Positions 13,671-28,683 of a stretch of DNA of 64,000 bases are shown piece by piece. Source of the stretch: Nemertoderma westbladi (taxonomy: Eukaryota > Animalia > Xenacoelomorpha). The first letter of the stretch is position 1, and the number at the start of each line of letters is the position of its first letter. The stretch covers positions 4,636 to 68,635 of the forward strand of contig JAUCBJ010004729.1 of NCBI GenBank assembly GCA_032718475.1. The letters are read 5' to 3'. A program made the translations under genes and the position numbers. Under the pieces are notes generated by a model. It saw only the letters and a list, made by a program, of their open reading frames with translations, searched no databases and was not told the DNA's origin.

Positions 13671-14371
13671 ACGCCCGTTCACATCCAACGGAACGGTACA
13701 CCGCGCGGTGTACCGCAGGGCCAGCGGTACACCGCTGACTGTGAACGACCAAACAGGTAGTTGTGTGCTAAACCACGTGGTTTACCGCAGCTTATTTAAA
13801 CAATGTTAAAACAATTAATGAATTTCCTGTTGAATTCACAGTCCACAGATAGACAATCATTTACCACAAAGGTACCGTTGGATGTGAACCGGCTCCGGGT
13901 AGTGTACCACTGGCTTACCGCTTCAATACCACCAGACTACGTTACCACTCATGCACCATTGGATGTGAACGGCTTAAGGCCCTTTCACATCCAACGGATC
14001 AGTACACCGCGTGGTGTAGCGGTGCACCACTGAGTGTGAACGACCCTGTGGTATTCGAGCGGTGTCTGAGCGGTAAATGATATTGATTACCGCTAACTGT
14101 GAACGAACCAACAGGTAGGTAGTTGTGCGCTAAACCGCGCGGTTTACCGCAGCCTATTTAAACAATGTTAAAACAGTTAATGTAATTTCCTGCTTAATTC
14201 AGAGTCAACAGATAGACAATCAGTTACGGCAACGATACCGTTGGGTGTGAATGGGCTCTGGGTAGTGAACCACTGGCTTACCGCTTCAATACCGCTAGAC
14301 TAACCATTGTGTCCAAACTACCTGTCAACGAATAGTTTACCACTCACGCACTGTTGGATGTGAACGGGTTT
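13671..14371. mobile_element. Tandem pair of related MITEs (PIF/Harbinger-Tourist-like)
   Basis: Units about 13671-13974 and 13977-14371, each bounded by GCCC(G/T)TTCACATCCAAC...TTGGATGTGAACGG and TAA/TTA; shared internal sequence. Confidence 0.65.
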
Positions 14372-14962
14372 TAGGACTCTTTTGTCATAGAGTTTCATGT
14401 CCAATGTCCACACCATTACCGGACAACCTCCACCACCATAATAATTACACAATCCCTTTGGGCCATATTAGTACTAATACAGTCATCTGTTCCATCTAAC
14501 ACACTATGCATTGTTCGTTCATGCTCTTTTTATGAATAATTTTCTCTACTTAATTTATCTCTCACGCTATTTTATACGCCTCTCAATACTTAGCTATTGT
14601 ATCCAAGGTTATTGGTCTGTAAATTTAGATATATATTGGTAACATCTAAAAATTGACAAATTAATAACATAATTGCCAAGAGCATACAGAAATAGTAAGC
14701 TATTCCTCGAAAGTGCGAATTAAAAAGTCGGACAATAAAACGTTTATTTTTTTTTGTAAAAGACGGGGTTATTATATTTGAAATTTCTATAATTATTCTT
14801 ATTTATATTAGTTATGGAATTAGAAATTCTTAAGAAGAATAACAGGAATTGAATGAAAGGCAATAAACACAGAGTAAAATAAAGATGTCCTGTGCAATGA
14901 GTCAGTCTGCTTCACCAACTTAAAAATGAACAGTTGATTTTATTTTATTTTCCTAAATTTAG

Positions 14963-17900
14963 TAACAACTGGTCCGCCACCAACTACTGGTACTCCTCCA
15001 CCACCACCCCCATCTACAACTACGGGACCTACAACAACTGTGGGTCCACCTACAACACCTGGACCATCAACAGCACCACCACCCACAACAGCACCACCAC
15101 CAACAACAACACTTGGACCAACAACAACACCCGGACCAACAACAGCACCTCCACCAACAACAACACCTGGACCAACAACAACACCACCACCACCCACAAC
15201 AGCACCTCCACCCACAACAACACCCGGACCATCAACAGCACCTCCACCAACAACAACACCCGGACCATCAACAGCACCTCCACCAACAACAACACCCGGA
15301 CCATCAACAGCACCTCCACCAACAACAACACCCGGACCATCAACAGCACCTCCACCAACAACAACACCCGGACCATCAACAGCACCTCCACCAACAACAA
15401 CACCCGGACCATCAACAGCACCTCCACCAACAACAACACCCGGACCATCAACAGCACCTCCACCAACAACAACACCCGGACCATCAACAGCACCACCACC
15501 CACAACAACACCCAGGCCATCAACTGCACCTCCACCAACAACAACACCTGGACCATCAACAGCACCCCCACCAACAACAACACCCGGACCATCAACAGCA
15601 CCTCCACCAACAACAACACCCGGACCATCAACAGCACCACCACCCACAACAACACCCGGACCAACAACAGCACCTCCACCCACAACAACACCCGGACCAT
15701 CAACAGCACCTCCACCAACAACAACACCCGGGCCATCAACTGCACCTCCACCAACAACAACACCTGGACCATCAACAGCACCTCCACCAACAACAACACC
15801 CGGACCATCAACAGCACCTCCACCAACAACAACACCTGGACCCTCAACAGCACCTCCACCCACAACAACACCCGTGCCATCAACAGCACCTCCACCAACA
15901 ACAACACCCGGACCATCAACTGCACCTCCTCCAACAACAACACCTGGACCATCAACAGCACCTCCACCTACAACAGCACCACCACCAACAACAACACCCG
16001 GACCATCAACAGCACCTCCACCCACAACAGCACCACCACCAACAACAACACTCGGACCATCAACAGCACCTCCACCAACAACAACACCTGGACCATCAAC
16101 AGCACCTCCACCAACAACAACACCTGGACCATCAACTGCACCTCCACCAACAACAACACCCGGACCAACAACAGCACCTCCACCCACAACAACACCCGGA
16201 CCATCAACAGCACCTCCACCAACAACAACACCTGGACCATCAACAGCACCTCCACCAACAACAACACCTGGACCATCAACTGCACCTCCACCAACAACAA
16301 CACCCGGACCAACAACTGCACCTCCACCCACAACAACACCCGGACCATCAACAGCACCCCCACCAACAACAACACCTGGACCATCAACTGCACCTCCACC
16401 CACAACAACACCCGGACCATCAACAGCACCTCCACCAACAACAACACCCGGACCATCAACAGCACCACCACCCACAACAACACCCAGACCATCAACTGCA
16501 CCTCCACCAACAACAACACCTGGACCATCAACAGCACCCCCACCAACAACAACACCCGGACCATCAACAGCACCTCCACCAACAACAACACCCGGACCAT
16601 CAACAGCACCACCACCCACAACAACACCCGGACCAACAACAGCACCTCCACCCACAACAACACCCGGGCCATCAACAGCACCTCCACCAACAACAACACC
16701 CGGGCCATCAACTGCACCTCCACCAACAACAACACCTGGACCATCAACAGCACCTCCACCAACAACAACACCCGGACCATCAACAGCACCTCCACCCACA
16801 ACAACACCCGGACCATCAACAGCACCACCACCCACAACAACACCTGGACCAACAACAGCACCTCCACCCACAACACCCGGACCAACAACAGCACCTCCAC
16901 CTACAACAGCACCACCACCAACAACAACACCCGGACCATCAACAGCACCTCCACCTACAACAGCACCACCACCAACAACAACACCCGGACCATCAACAGC
17001 ACCTCCACCCACAACAGCACCACCACCAACAACAACACCCGGACCATCAACAGCACCTCCACCAACAACAACACCTGGACCATCAACAACACCTCCACCA
17101 ACAACAACACCTGGACCATCAACAGCACCTCCACCAACAACAACACCTGGACCATCAACAGCACCCCCACCAACAACAACACCCGGACCAACAACAGCAC
17201 CTCCACCCACAACACCCGGACCAACAACAGCACCTCCACCAACAACAACACCCGGCCCAACAACAGCACCTCCACCCACAACAGCACCTCCACCAACAAC
17301 AACACCTGGACCATCAACAGCACCTCCACCAACAACAACACCTGGACCATCAACAGCACCCCCACCAACAACAACACCCGGACCATCAACAGCACCCCCA
17401 CCAACAACAACACCCGGACCAACAACAGCACCTCCACCCACAACACCCGGACCATCAACAGCACCTCCACCAACAACAACACCCGGACCATCAACAGCAC
17501 CTCCACCCACAACAACACCCGTGCCATCAACAGCACCTCCACCAACAACAACACCCGGACCATCAACTGCACCTCCTCCAACAACAACACCTGGACCATC
17601 AACAGCACCTCCAACTACAACAGCACCACCACCAACAACAACACCCGGACCATCAACAGCACCTCCACCCACAACAGCACCACCACCAACAACAACACCC
17701 GGACCATCAACAGCACCTCCACCAACAACAACACCTGGACCATCAACAACACCTCCACCAACAACAACACCTGGACCATCAACAGCACCTCCACCCACAA
17801 CAACACCCGGACCATCAACAGCACCACCACCCACAACAACACCTGGACCAACAACAGCACCTCCACCCACAACACCCGGACCAACAACAGCACCTCCACC

Positions 17901-19075
17901 AACAACAACACCCGGCCCAACAACAGCACCTCCACCCACAACAGCACCTCCACCAACAACAGCACCCCCACCCACAACAACAACTGGTCCATCAACAGCA
18001 CCTCCACCCACAACAACACCAGGACCATCAACAGCCCCACCACCCACAACAACACCCGGTCCATCAACAGCACCTCCACCAACAACAACACCCGGACCAT
18101 CAACCGCACCACCACCCACAACAACACCTGGACCATCAACAGCACCTCCACCCACAACAACACCCGGACCATCAACAGCACCACCACCCACAACAACACC
18201 TGGACCAACAACAGCCCCTCCACCCACAACACCCGGACCAACAACAGCACCTCCACCAACAACAACACCCGGCCCAACAACAGCACCTCCACCCACAACA
18301 GCACCTCCACCAACAACAGCACCTCCACCCACAACAACACCCGGACCAACAACAGCACCTCCACCCACAACGCCCGGACCAACAACAGCGCCTCCACCCA
18401 CAACAACACCCGGACCATCAACAGCACCTCCACCCACAACAACACCTGGTCCATCAACAGCTCCCCCACCAACAACAACACCCGGACCATCAACAGCACC
18501 TCCACCAACAACAGCACCTCCACCCACAACAACACCTGGTCCATCAACAGCACCTCCACCCACAACAACACCAGGACCATCAACAGCCCCACCACCCACA
18601 ACAACACCCGGACCATCAACAGCACCTCCACCAACAACAACACCTGGACCAACAACAGCACCTCCACCCACAACAACACCCGGTCCATCAACAGCACCAC
18701 CACCAACAACAACACCCGGACCATCAACAGCACCTCCACCCACAACAGCACCACCACCAACAACAACACTCGGACCATCAACAGCCCCACCACCCACAAC
18801 AACACCCGGACCATCAACAGCACCTCCACCAACAACAACACCTGGACCAACAACAGCACCTCCACCCACAACAACACCCGGGCCATCAACTGCACCTCCA
18901 CCAACAACAACACCTGGACCATCAACAGCACCTCCACCAACAACAACATCCGGACCATCAACTGCACCTCCACCCACAACAACACCTGGACCAACAACAG
19001 CACCTCCATCCACAACAACACTTGGACCATCAACAGCACCTCCATCCACATCGACACCTGCTCCCACTACAACAG
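14963..19075 (+). CDS. PTS repeat exon 2 (4113 nt, 1371 codons)
   Basis: TTTAG|TA acceptor, G|GTGAGG donor, phase 1-1; VTTGPPPTTG then GPSTAPPPTTTP repeats (ORF 15040 frame). Confidence 0.9.
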
Positions 19076-19981
19076 GTGAGGCATTACTTTGTACTATTTC
19101 TATGTATTTGTATGAATTATTTATTTAATTAATTTAATACACTTCAGTTTTTAATACCCATTCAATGATGGCGTGCGGGTTTTGACTCTCCCCCAATAAT
19201 GCTTTATAATACACAGTAATGCAAATTGATTTCCACCTTGCTGCGATTATCAGTTCTCTGTATTTTGGTGATGTGCTGATAGGCTAGGCTCTCTGTTATA
19301 TGTACTTTTTCAGACATATACACCTTTATTTGAGAATATCATTGAGAATAAGCCTGCTATCGCGATAGGATTTGCAATGTGTGCAAGGGCCCTGGGAACA
19401 TGAGATTAATGTGATCTAATTCTTCCTGTTCCCGACTCCTCAACAGAGAGAGGTTGGAGGCCCACTGTCCTGAATCACATATGATATATAATATATTGGT
19501 AGATATTACTTGGTAAAATTATGGGTCAATCTAATGGGGTGCTATTGTTAGATTAATAACAATATATTTGATTTATTAAAGAAACGCTGTATTTCACACC
19601 GGCTCTAGTGGGAATATTTCCACGAACGAGCCTAACGAGTGAGTGAAATACGAACCGAGAAACTGAAAGTGAAAAAAGGTTACTTTAAAACGACTAATAT
19701 GTCGTTTTGTTATCAAGTTTCGCAAGTTTTATTAATTAATAAGCCTACCAAACATACGGTACTTGTATGTAGTTAGATAAGTAGATATTTATCTATGTAG
19801 CTTGTGCTGTGGGCAGCCTATGGCGATTCGGTAAATTGTAAATTCACTCTATTGCCTGTGCATGTGTGCACTGATTTACAGTCATACTGAACGGAAACTT
19901 CTACTGCAAAGAATCACAGCTTTGAATTTACGGTGTATTTCTCGCCGACTTGAATATAAAGGTATCATATTATGTTTACAG

Positions 19982-20491
19982 AATGTGTCGATTGTTGTCC
20001 CTCAATACCTTGTTGCGATGAGACTCAAGTCAGCGAGTATTACGCTTCTGAAGGTGCCCCGGAAGATGTAGAGTATCCTGATGGGAACGGTGTTGAGCTT
20101 GAATATGGAGATTACATCAAAGCTCATGTATCAAGTCCATGCCACACATTAGCATCAATCATTGTTCAACTCCCACATGGATCTGTTGGTGATATATTTA
20201 CGTTTGTTTTGGAGGTTTCTTCCTATGAGGGAGATCCATCAGGCTTATATAAAGAATACGTTTATGCGATCAAGGACAATTTGATAGGTCTCGAAAACGT
20301 ATTTATGATCGCATCAAATTCCCTGCAAGGTGCATCATATTATGAGTTTATGGTAGAAGTTACGGATGCTACAAATCTGAAATGGTTTAAACTTCCTGAA
20401 TTTGCTGAGAATGTTAAAGAAGTAAAACTTGTATCCAAGACAATGAATCCAACCTCAGTTACTTTGCGGTTATACGGATGTGACAACGATA
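19982..20491 (+). CDS. Module 2 exon B (domain D1)
   Basis: Same length and splice sites as 5668-6177; I see only about 4 substitutions. Confidence 0.85.
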
Positions 20492-20728
20492 GTGAGTATT
20501 ATTTACCACCACCACAGATATTTGTTGTGTTTTGGAAACAAACAAAGTTAGGAAACAGACATTTATTTTTATTTCCAAAACTATGTTTACTTCGTATTTA
20601 TTTATATTTTATATCTTAATAATTTTAAATGTCTCAATAGGCCCTAATCACCGAGGTATTTTATTGAAATTATATTATTTTAGATTCTTGTCTGACATCT
20701 TAACATTTAAATAACTTTATTGTTACAG

Positions 20729-20791
20729 CTTGTCCAACTCCACCACCAACCACAACACCAATAATAACAACTCCAATTACTCCACCTGAAC
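20729..20791 (+). CDS. Module 2 exon C (linker)
   Basis: Copy of 6415-6477 with the same AG/GT sites. Confidence 0.85.
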
Positions 20792-23079
20792 GTAAGTATA
20801 TCTAAAATAATTAATTATTATTTGTTGTTATTATATTTGATTAATCCAGAAAGTAAATTTCTAAAGACTGCAGTGTAATTGTACAGTAGCATATAAAAGT
20901 TAAGAAAATAAATAAAATGTGGCAGTTGTTAGTTATAAATTTATCTGCATGATAGATTAAAATATTGAGCAACAAATGTCAGCTAGTGTACAGGAATAAG
21001 GAGTAATTGACAAGCTGCATTATTGTAATCGATTGTTAAAGCCCTCGTTGGCATACCCCTGAAAAATAAACTCTATCGATTCTGATTTTAGATTCCATAT
21101 TACAAATTCATTCCATATAGTCTATCTACCCAATATTCACCCACCAATACCCCCTACTATTCGAAGCCCCGATTAGACAACAGTAAATATCCAGGGGCCT
21201 ATTTTATTTGTGATTCAATAACCACCTGTCATGCTTCAATTAAAAAGTGACAAAAGTGAAAAAGATATTTCAATATTAGGAATCCTTCCTAGACCTCAAA
21301 CAAGTGAGAATTAGGGGTCAACTGAGCACCTCCCTCTTGACCCCGGCAACCGACTATACAAAGGGACTTGATTCCCTCACAGTCAGTAACTCGGCCTTCA
21401 GATGGCAGCCTACCTTGGCTCAGAGCTTGCAAAACTTGCACTATTGGCATACTCACCATGGTGGGGCTTTTTAGTGTGGGTAAGCTAGCAAATACTCTTG
21501 AGTTTTGTCTAAAACCAACCATAGTGCTTGCTAGCTAGCTCCTCGGTCCGTAACAGACCCGACAGTGGAGCTGTGAGGACAAAGTACCAGTTAACTTCCT
21601 GGCCTACTAGACTAGCTTCCAGCCCTACAACAGTTTAGTGCTTGCGCATGCGCACTCTGTCCGCTGTCTTTGCCGTCCGACCCAGGCCCAACCGTCGAGT
21701 TGTGAGGACAAAGTAGCAGCTAATTTCATATGCCCAAACGGTATACCCTTGTTTGGACATTGAAATAACCTTGTGTTTACAAAGTCTTGTTAGATTGTGG
21801 TAAACCAGATTTTTATGGTAGATTTTGTGATTGTGTAGATTTTCTATTATTTTGTAATATTTTTCAAAATTATAAGGCTTACTTTGGTTCCTGACGGACC
21901 CAAAGCACCCCTCATCCGGTTTCTCTTTTTCCCCCTTCCCAGATGTATTTCAATGGTGTTACATAAAGTATATTATTTTTACCAAAAGGAAGACATTAAT
22001 TAATAACATCTCGAAAATAGAATTCAATCATTGTGTTTTTGAACTATCGTAAGAAGTCAAGAAGACAATAAAATAATTTACGGTTGCACTAAGGAAACTT
22101 TGATATATATAAGCCGTTTAGGAGCTACACCATGGGTAAAATATATCCTTTACAATAATTATTATTGGTTGAATCCAATCATATTGTAAAATAATGATGA
22201 GTAATTATTATGACGACCCAATGAACTAAATTAATTTAATAAAAGCTGGGAGTTATATGCCTTTTGTAAAATTTCGTATTGCCATAAACATCATCTCATT
22301 TCACATGGATGATATTGTCGGCCATTTTCACTAAATTATTCAGAGAAAAATTACAATATTCGATTTGTTATTTCTATCCACCAACTGAACTGCTGTGCTG
22401 GTCAGAAACAATGTTCTCCTCCAGAGTTTGTTCTTCTTGCAAATTGACCAAATTTGATATGAACTTCACCTAGTTGTTTAACAACTCAGTCGGAATCAGT
22501 AGTAAATGATTGTCCAACGAATGTCACAAAATATCATTGCTTTTGATTTTAGTATAGGCCTAATAGCTCAGCTAGAAATTATTTTCCATGTAAAAGAAGC
22601 ATTGCTAATTAGGCAGCTATTAAGGGTCGGCAGCCGACCCTTAATTCACAGTTAACTTATATTCCTTACAAACTCCTGTAGTCCTTGTAGTTTTGTTGAT
22701 AGGCCCCTTTTCAGTACAACCCCAATTTCATTGCTACAGTACTACAGTATTTCGCTTCTGGTTGATTTTATTCATAGTTATAGCGAAATTTGGTTGTTTT
22801 TTTTTTACTCTTTTTGTGAATTATATGTAGACCTTGTCTGACAGTTCGTAGCTCGCATTATTTGATAATGGTTTGAGTTATTAAACCAACATTTAAACAC
22901 TAATGAAATTTTAAATTTTATTGCTGGCTTTAATCTTCCTTATGATTTGACATTAAAATTATAATTACTTGGCTGGTGAAGGGAGTTATAATGTGTCAAG
23001 GTGTTATTCAAATTGAATTTAAGTAGACTTAGCATACAATATCTAACTTTTATTGACAATAAAACTTTTTGGCTTTCAG

Positions 23080-23447
23080 CATGTTGTGAACCACCTATCG
23101 TCATTCCCATTGCCAACTATTTGGGAACATCATATACAATGGATGAAGCTAACTTTACTAAGCCTGGTAGTGAAGGCTGGTTGGTAAAAGGTACCCTTGC
23201 TGAAAGTCATATCACTCTGCAACCTGCGGCCCCTGATGGAAGTAACTCTCCAGCTGTTTATACAATCCGCGCCATTGAAGTTCGAATAAGAAACCCAGCA
23301 CAATCATCTAGGAGGCTTAAATTGCGATTACTGTATACTTTCAGAGAAGATGACAAATACTTTGAATTCGGCAGTGGTGATCCTTCAACAGTAATACCTG
23401 CACCACCAATTGCTACTCCAACATCAGAACTGGCAAGCCTTGTCAAG
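23080..23447 (+). CDS. Module 2 exon D (domain D2 N-part)
   Basis: Copy of 8409-8776, about 3 substitutions, same splice sites. Confidence 0.85.
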
Positions 23448-24203
23448 GTTGGTAGTATTTTTATTTTTGTCAACAACCACACATTGCAGATGCATTCATT
23501 TAAAAGATTAACATACCATTTCCCCTGTCTTAAAAAGATCTAAAATAATCTATTACATTATGATATGTATGCAACACACATGCAACAACACATTTTAATA
23601 TTCTGTTAAAAATATTGTTGTGTAGCATTATTGTTTTGTTAAAAATATTGTTGTGTAGCATTATTGTTGTGTTAAAAATAGTGTGGTGTTGCACTCCAGA
23701 TGGAACTTCACATTTTGGTGTCTCAGGAATCTAAAATTGAGTGAAATTTTTTTGCGCTACTAAATATCGTCTGGGGTGATTAAGAATAGCCAAACCAATT
23801 ATGTTAAAATTTGACACCATTATTGCCATCTGTAATGGCCAAATGTGCCTTTTTGAGCAAAAGGATATATTTTCTAACAATATTCTATCAAATTTGTCGA
23901 AATTTTAAATATAGTTATAGAAAGCATCCATTTATTCTGATTATTTATTGCAAAAAGTAGACTGGAGCCATTTTAGAACTAAAAGGGGGGGAATAGTAGT
24001 TTGGTGGATTTTTGCCTTTATTGGTCAATAATAAAGTCAATAAAGGCGTCACATGACTGCTCCTTGAGCAGTTTTAGCGAAAATTGTTGTTAAGTTTTAC
24101 TGACAATGGTATTCTGAACATGTGTACCAAATTGTTTACTCATTTCAGTTAAAATTGGTGTAGAAATAAAATAGCCTTTTTCGTGAAGAAAGGTCATTCT
24201 GAG

Positions 24204-25441
24204 TGTTCACGCTTTCAGACCTTTGGCAGTTTAACCCGCCAAATTAGGATGTCTTCTAGATAATAAATCGCTTTAGCCTCTAACAAATATTTGATTCACT
24301 ACACTAGTTGAAACCAATCTGTGCGCGATCATTCACCCGTTGGATATACCCGGGAGATTGATTTCGACAGCTTAATCTTATTGCTATGTAAGCCTAATGT
24401 ATTATTCGACTGACAGTATTATATAATCTCTGACAATATTATTCACCTTCGGGGAATATTAACAGTTCCTTTAGGACGTGTCGCTCTATCTATATAAACA
24501 GAGTTATGACTTAAACTACTCACAACGATATGGCTTAGTTATAATTCACATATATGTCGCATTCTTTAGGAAATGCTTCTTTATCAGTTTCACTCATACA
24601 CAATGCTGCACAATACTGCACACTAATCTGCCGATCTTCACTGATTTTAGTCACATATAAAAGGAACACGGACCGAATCATGTAGGGTCTATCAAATAAC
24701 ATTAGATTCACTTCAAACCACTTTAACATAAGTCACAATCATTATATGTAACCCTTCTCTCTTACCTTCGGTATATCAAGAATATTGGGTTTTCGGGGTT
24801 ATTTCTCGTTATTCCAATATAATAATTCATCAACAAATATAATGAATAACCGACAGCAAAATCAGTAAAGTTAAGGTATAAATGATTTGGTATGGTATGC
24901 CGCATTTATGGATGTTATGCAGGTCGATAAAGGATATATGTCCTTATAATTAAGCCTACTAGTGTAAGGCTAAAGCAGAAAAGCACAAAATACTCTAAAG
25001 CCGTTCTTCCTGGCTTAGAATCACTAACAACACTGATAAGAATAACTATAAGAATACCAGCTACCCTTATTCCACGAAGCTCCCGTTCAACACAGAGAAA
25101 GAGCAGTGAGATAGGAAAATTCAGTTCAGTAGCTCTGTGATAGGTCAAAATCAAAGCTAACTCAAATTCTATTGGCAGATACAGAAAGCTGCAACGTGGC
25201 AATATCAGCCGTTAGCCGTCGTCATGGTAGCGACACTGTTTTCAAGAGTATCGAGCTTTTTACGTCATGAAATTGCAGATTATGTCCTCTAAAGTACAAA
25301 TACAGTTCAAATACAGAAGAAATGACTTTTATGTCCTCTAAAACACCAGTACAGCAAGGACACGGCCTTTTTATGCCTGGCAAACCAACTACAGAGTACT
25401 TTAAGGGAAAATAACCGGTTAATGACGCAAAAGCTTTTACA
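24204..25441 (-). repeat. 3' LTR (1238 bp), preceded on the minus strand by a short purine tract GGGAGCGG (25442-25449)
   Basis: Near-identical to 35104-36345. Confidence 0.95.
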
Positions 25442-28400
25442 CCGCTCCCAGAAAATGGGATTTAAGTCTATAAAATATAACAAATCACAGTTTCTAAAAT
25501 ATAAAGATACTCTAAACAGTTAGTCTTTCTTACGCAGACGGCGTTTACGCAGTTTTTGAGGCTAGCAAGAGTCCTTTTCTCTTTGGGGCGAGCCACTTTA
25601 CTAGGAGGGCTATAAATCCTGGGTGAAGGGTGCAATATGATTGCATCAGAAGGTGTAGGATTATGGTCGGGGTATCCGCCGTTTCGATATGCTTCTCCTC
25701 GAGCTGATTTTCCTCCGCTCGTAGCTGGATACGTTCATCCAAAAACTCTCGCAGAGAATGGGGTTGCCTAAGTTCGATATCTTCTTAGAGATTCTGGATT
25801 TTACAATCGAACTGAGATAAAGACAATTCGTTTATCGCTTGGACTTGCTGTTACAACTTACGTTTATCTGAACAAACGCAGGTTTCCTTTCTGATCTTTG
25901 TAGAATAGCGTTTAACTCGTTTGTACAACGCTCTCCTTCACCTTGATGAAGTGTTGTATCGCGTTAAACGGGAACGACCATATGGTTGGATAGTGATATT
26001 AGGTGTCCGCGTCACAATCCGGCTAGGTAAGATGGGCGACTAGCTAGAAATCACTGTCGGAGTGTTACCGATTAATTGTTAGGGTAGCACTAGATCTTTG
26101 AACAGTGAATACAGTCCGCGAGGATCCGCGACACCACCAGGATCGCAGGTCTGAGGTCCAACTAAGGAATGAGGAGGTTTGACCGAGTATTCCGGGACTC
26201 TGATCGTAGGTTTACTCCAGGATCGTTCGAGCCGAGTGAGCATAGGTGGTACGTCAAACAAGTTTCGCTCGAAACTCCAGTAAATATAACGAGCACAACT
26301 GTGTTTAACACAACGTTTCCGTGGATGTTTATGTCTTTCCGTTTCTTGGCTGGGTCTAGGGCATTTATCGTAATAATACCAAAGACGCACGTCTGGTAGG
26401 GTAAACGCGAGTGATCTTTCTCCAGCTTACAATATTCCTCCATCCGTTCGAAGATATCCGGTACAACAGGTAGCGATCGATCAGCGGTAAGATACATCAT
26501 AGTGGAATAGAGCCGTTTGAGTTCTACCATGCGGTCATGATGTATACCTTGAGGATATCGAGTTTCTAGATTCTGTTGACTGGTAATATCGAGATAGGTT
26601 TCTCTCAAGAATTCCAGGTATTTGGTGGAGTCGCTGCGTTTATCCGGCATTTCGACATCTGCACTTTCAAGTCGGTTTCGAATAGAATTTTCGTGTTCGA
26701 GTCTCAGTTTATCGTTCCGCTTCCGCTGGGTATGATATTTAAATAAACCATTTCCCTTTGGTGTCTATATCGTTCGTATCGTGTAGGTCGATAGGATGAC
26801 CAGTAGTTAAGAAGTCCATATACGTACCATTACGATGCGTATAGTGAGCGATGAATTTTCTACAGTCTAACCCACGCGCAAGTTGCTCCCGGGACATTGG
26901 CGGTTAGATATAACGACCATCGTCCTCCGTAGTAGTTGGACCAGCGTCGCCGCGTATCAAGCTATCATCAAACGCTTGTAAAGGTAGAGTATATCGCTCC
27001 CCGATACCAAGACCATCTTCTATCAACTCCGTCATATCTGCTATATATGAGTTTATCCATATTATAATGAGTTTATATTTAGGCGAGCGGGCGTCGCTGC
27101 CTACCCCAATCAACCCCCAGACAGTACGAGATCCTCAGCGCCGATGTGTCGTCGCCGCTGTACTTTCGCCAACGACGTAGCCGCACAACGACAACGACAA
27201 CCGGCACAAGTCACTCGACTGTCCGTCCCAAAGGCTTAGATGTACTTCAGGTTTTCCTTGGAGAGTTAGGTTACTTTTACGATTGCGACTAGCTACTGTA
27301 AACACACCTTAGCAGTAACATTCACCTATAAACTCACAAATACCACACAACTGGTCACAACTACACACATTCGGGCCATTTGTCCGTTAGTCAATGCCTT
27401 CCAGAATGTCACTGTATTATTATGTATCCTTGGATACTAGTAGTGCGCTATTTATTCCCTATGCTATTCAATGGGACAAGCTTTCTATTGTTCTTTTAAC
27501 TCAATTCTAATTCTAGCGTGGTTGTTGCTATGGTGACATTATGCAAAGCTAGCGGTAGAATTAGGGTAATTCCAATGCATACAGATCTGGGATGTTATTT
27601 AATAGTAATTCTTTAATGGTCAATGTCCTGTTTTATACATGACTTTATGAATTTTATCGGCTATTGACTATGTTTGGGAGACTTTCGCACACTCATACGC
27701 ATAATAAGATAAATCTCCGCTCCCTTGATCTATTAATTAATGGAATTTTGGGAATGTTATAAATTGCGTAAAAATGGCAATTTATTAAATTCATTAAAAG
27801 GTATGAATTTAAATTTATTCCCTGAAATTTTATTATTTGATAATTAAATTGACATATTTTGATTCTAGAACATGTCTGGGGACACAAGATCCTTAATTCT
27901 ATGACAATTGTCTTTTTAAGAATATCGGTAAATGCTACGATATCTTAATTGACTAGAATTGCTGAAGGATCTGAATTTTACAGATTTTGATTTATTAGAT
28001 TTGCAAATATTAAATAATTAATATTTGAGATGGGCACCGATTTATTCCAGAACTTGTCTGGGGACGTTAACCACTGATTCTAGAATTTGTCTTTCAAGTA
28101 TATCGGTGGGTGCCGCGATATCTTAATCGACTAGAATTACAGATGGTCAAAGGGTTTAACAGATTTATTTTGCGTTATACGCTACTGTTAAAGGGACATC
28201 ACGCTACTATATGTATTATTTAATATACGGTATGAGAGCAATATCGCACGAAGCAATGTCAGTGTGAAGAGGCAAGTCGTTTCCAAGGTCTACCCAGAGC
28301 TTGGTTTAGCCGAGACACGAGGATCTGAACTTTGCATTCCTAATACTCTGCCTACCAATAATACTTAAATATAGTAGTGGCTTTATTGTACTTTAATAAG

Positions 28401-28683
28401 TACGGACATTTCATCTTACTGTAGTTACGTATTTATAATATAATACGGACAGTAAGGAAAGAGAAAAATAATTATTTCTTCGCCGTCGCACTAAATATAA
28501 TATAAGTAATTACGTACGTAATAAACACGAATATATTGCACTATTCTACAAAATAATCGCTAAATAATATTCTACTAAATTAAATAAAACGATTATAATA
28601 AAATTACATAGTAATACATACATAAATATAAAAATAATAAAATAATATAAAATAATAGAGTCACACACCCACTCCATATGTTG

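Noticed and set aside
14934-19132. Long alternative-frame ORFs (N-x-T-rich, HQ-rich, antisense GV-rich and LV-rich), also over the other PTS exons
   Set aside because: Shadow frames of a T-poor repeat with a period divisible by 3; splice phases and wobble-position variation support only the Pro/Thr frame.
21540-21730. Possible HDV-like ribozyme around the duplicated TGTGAGGACAAAGTA motif
   Set aside because: I could not build the nested double pseudoknot by eye; only a short direct repeat is supported.
24478-25202. Small ORFs duplicated at 35378-36106
   Set aside because: They lie inside the two LTRs, so the duplication is trivial; no coding signature.
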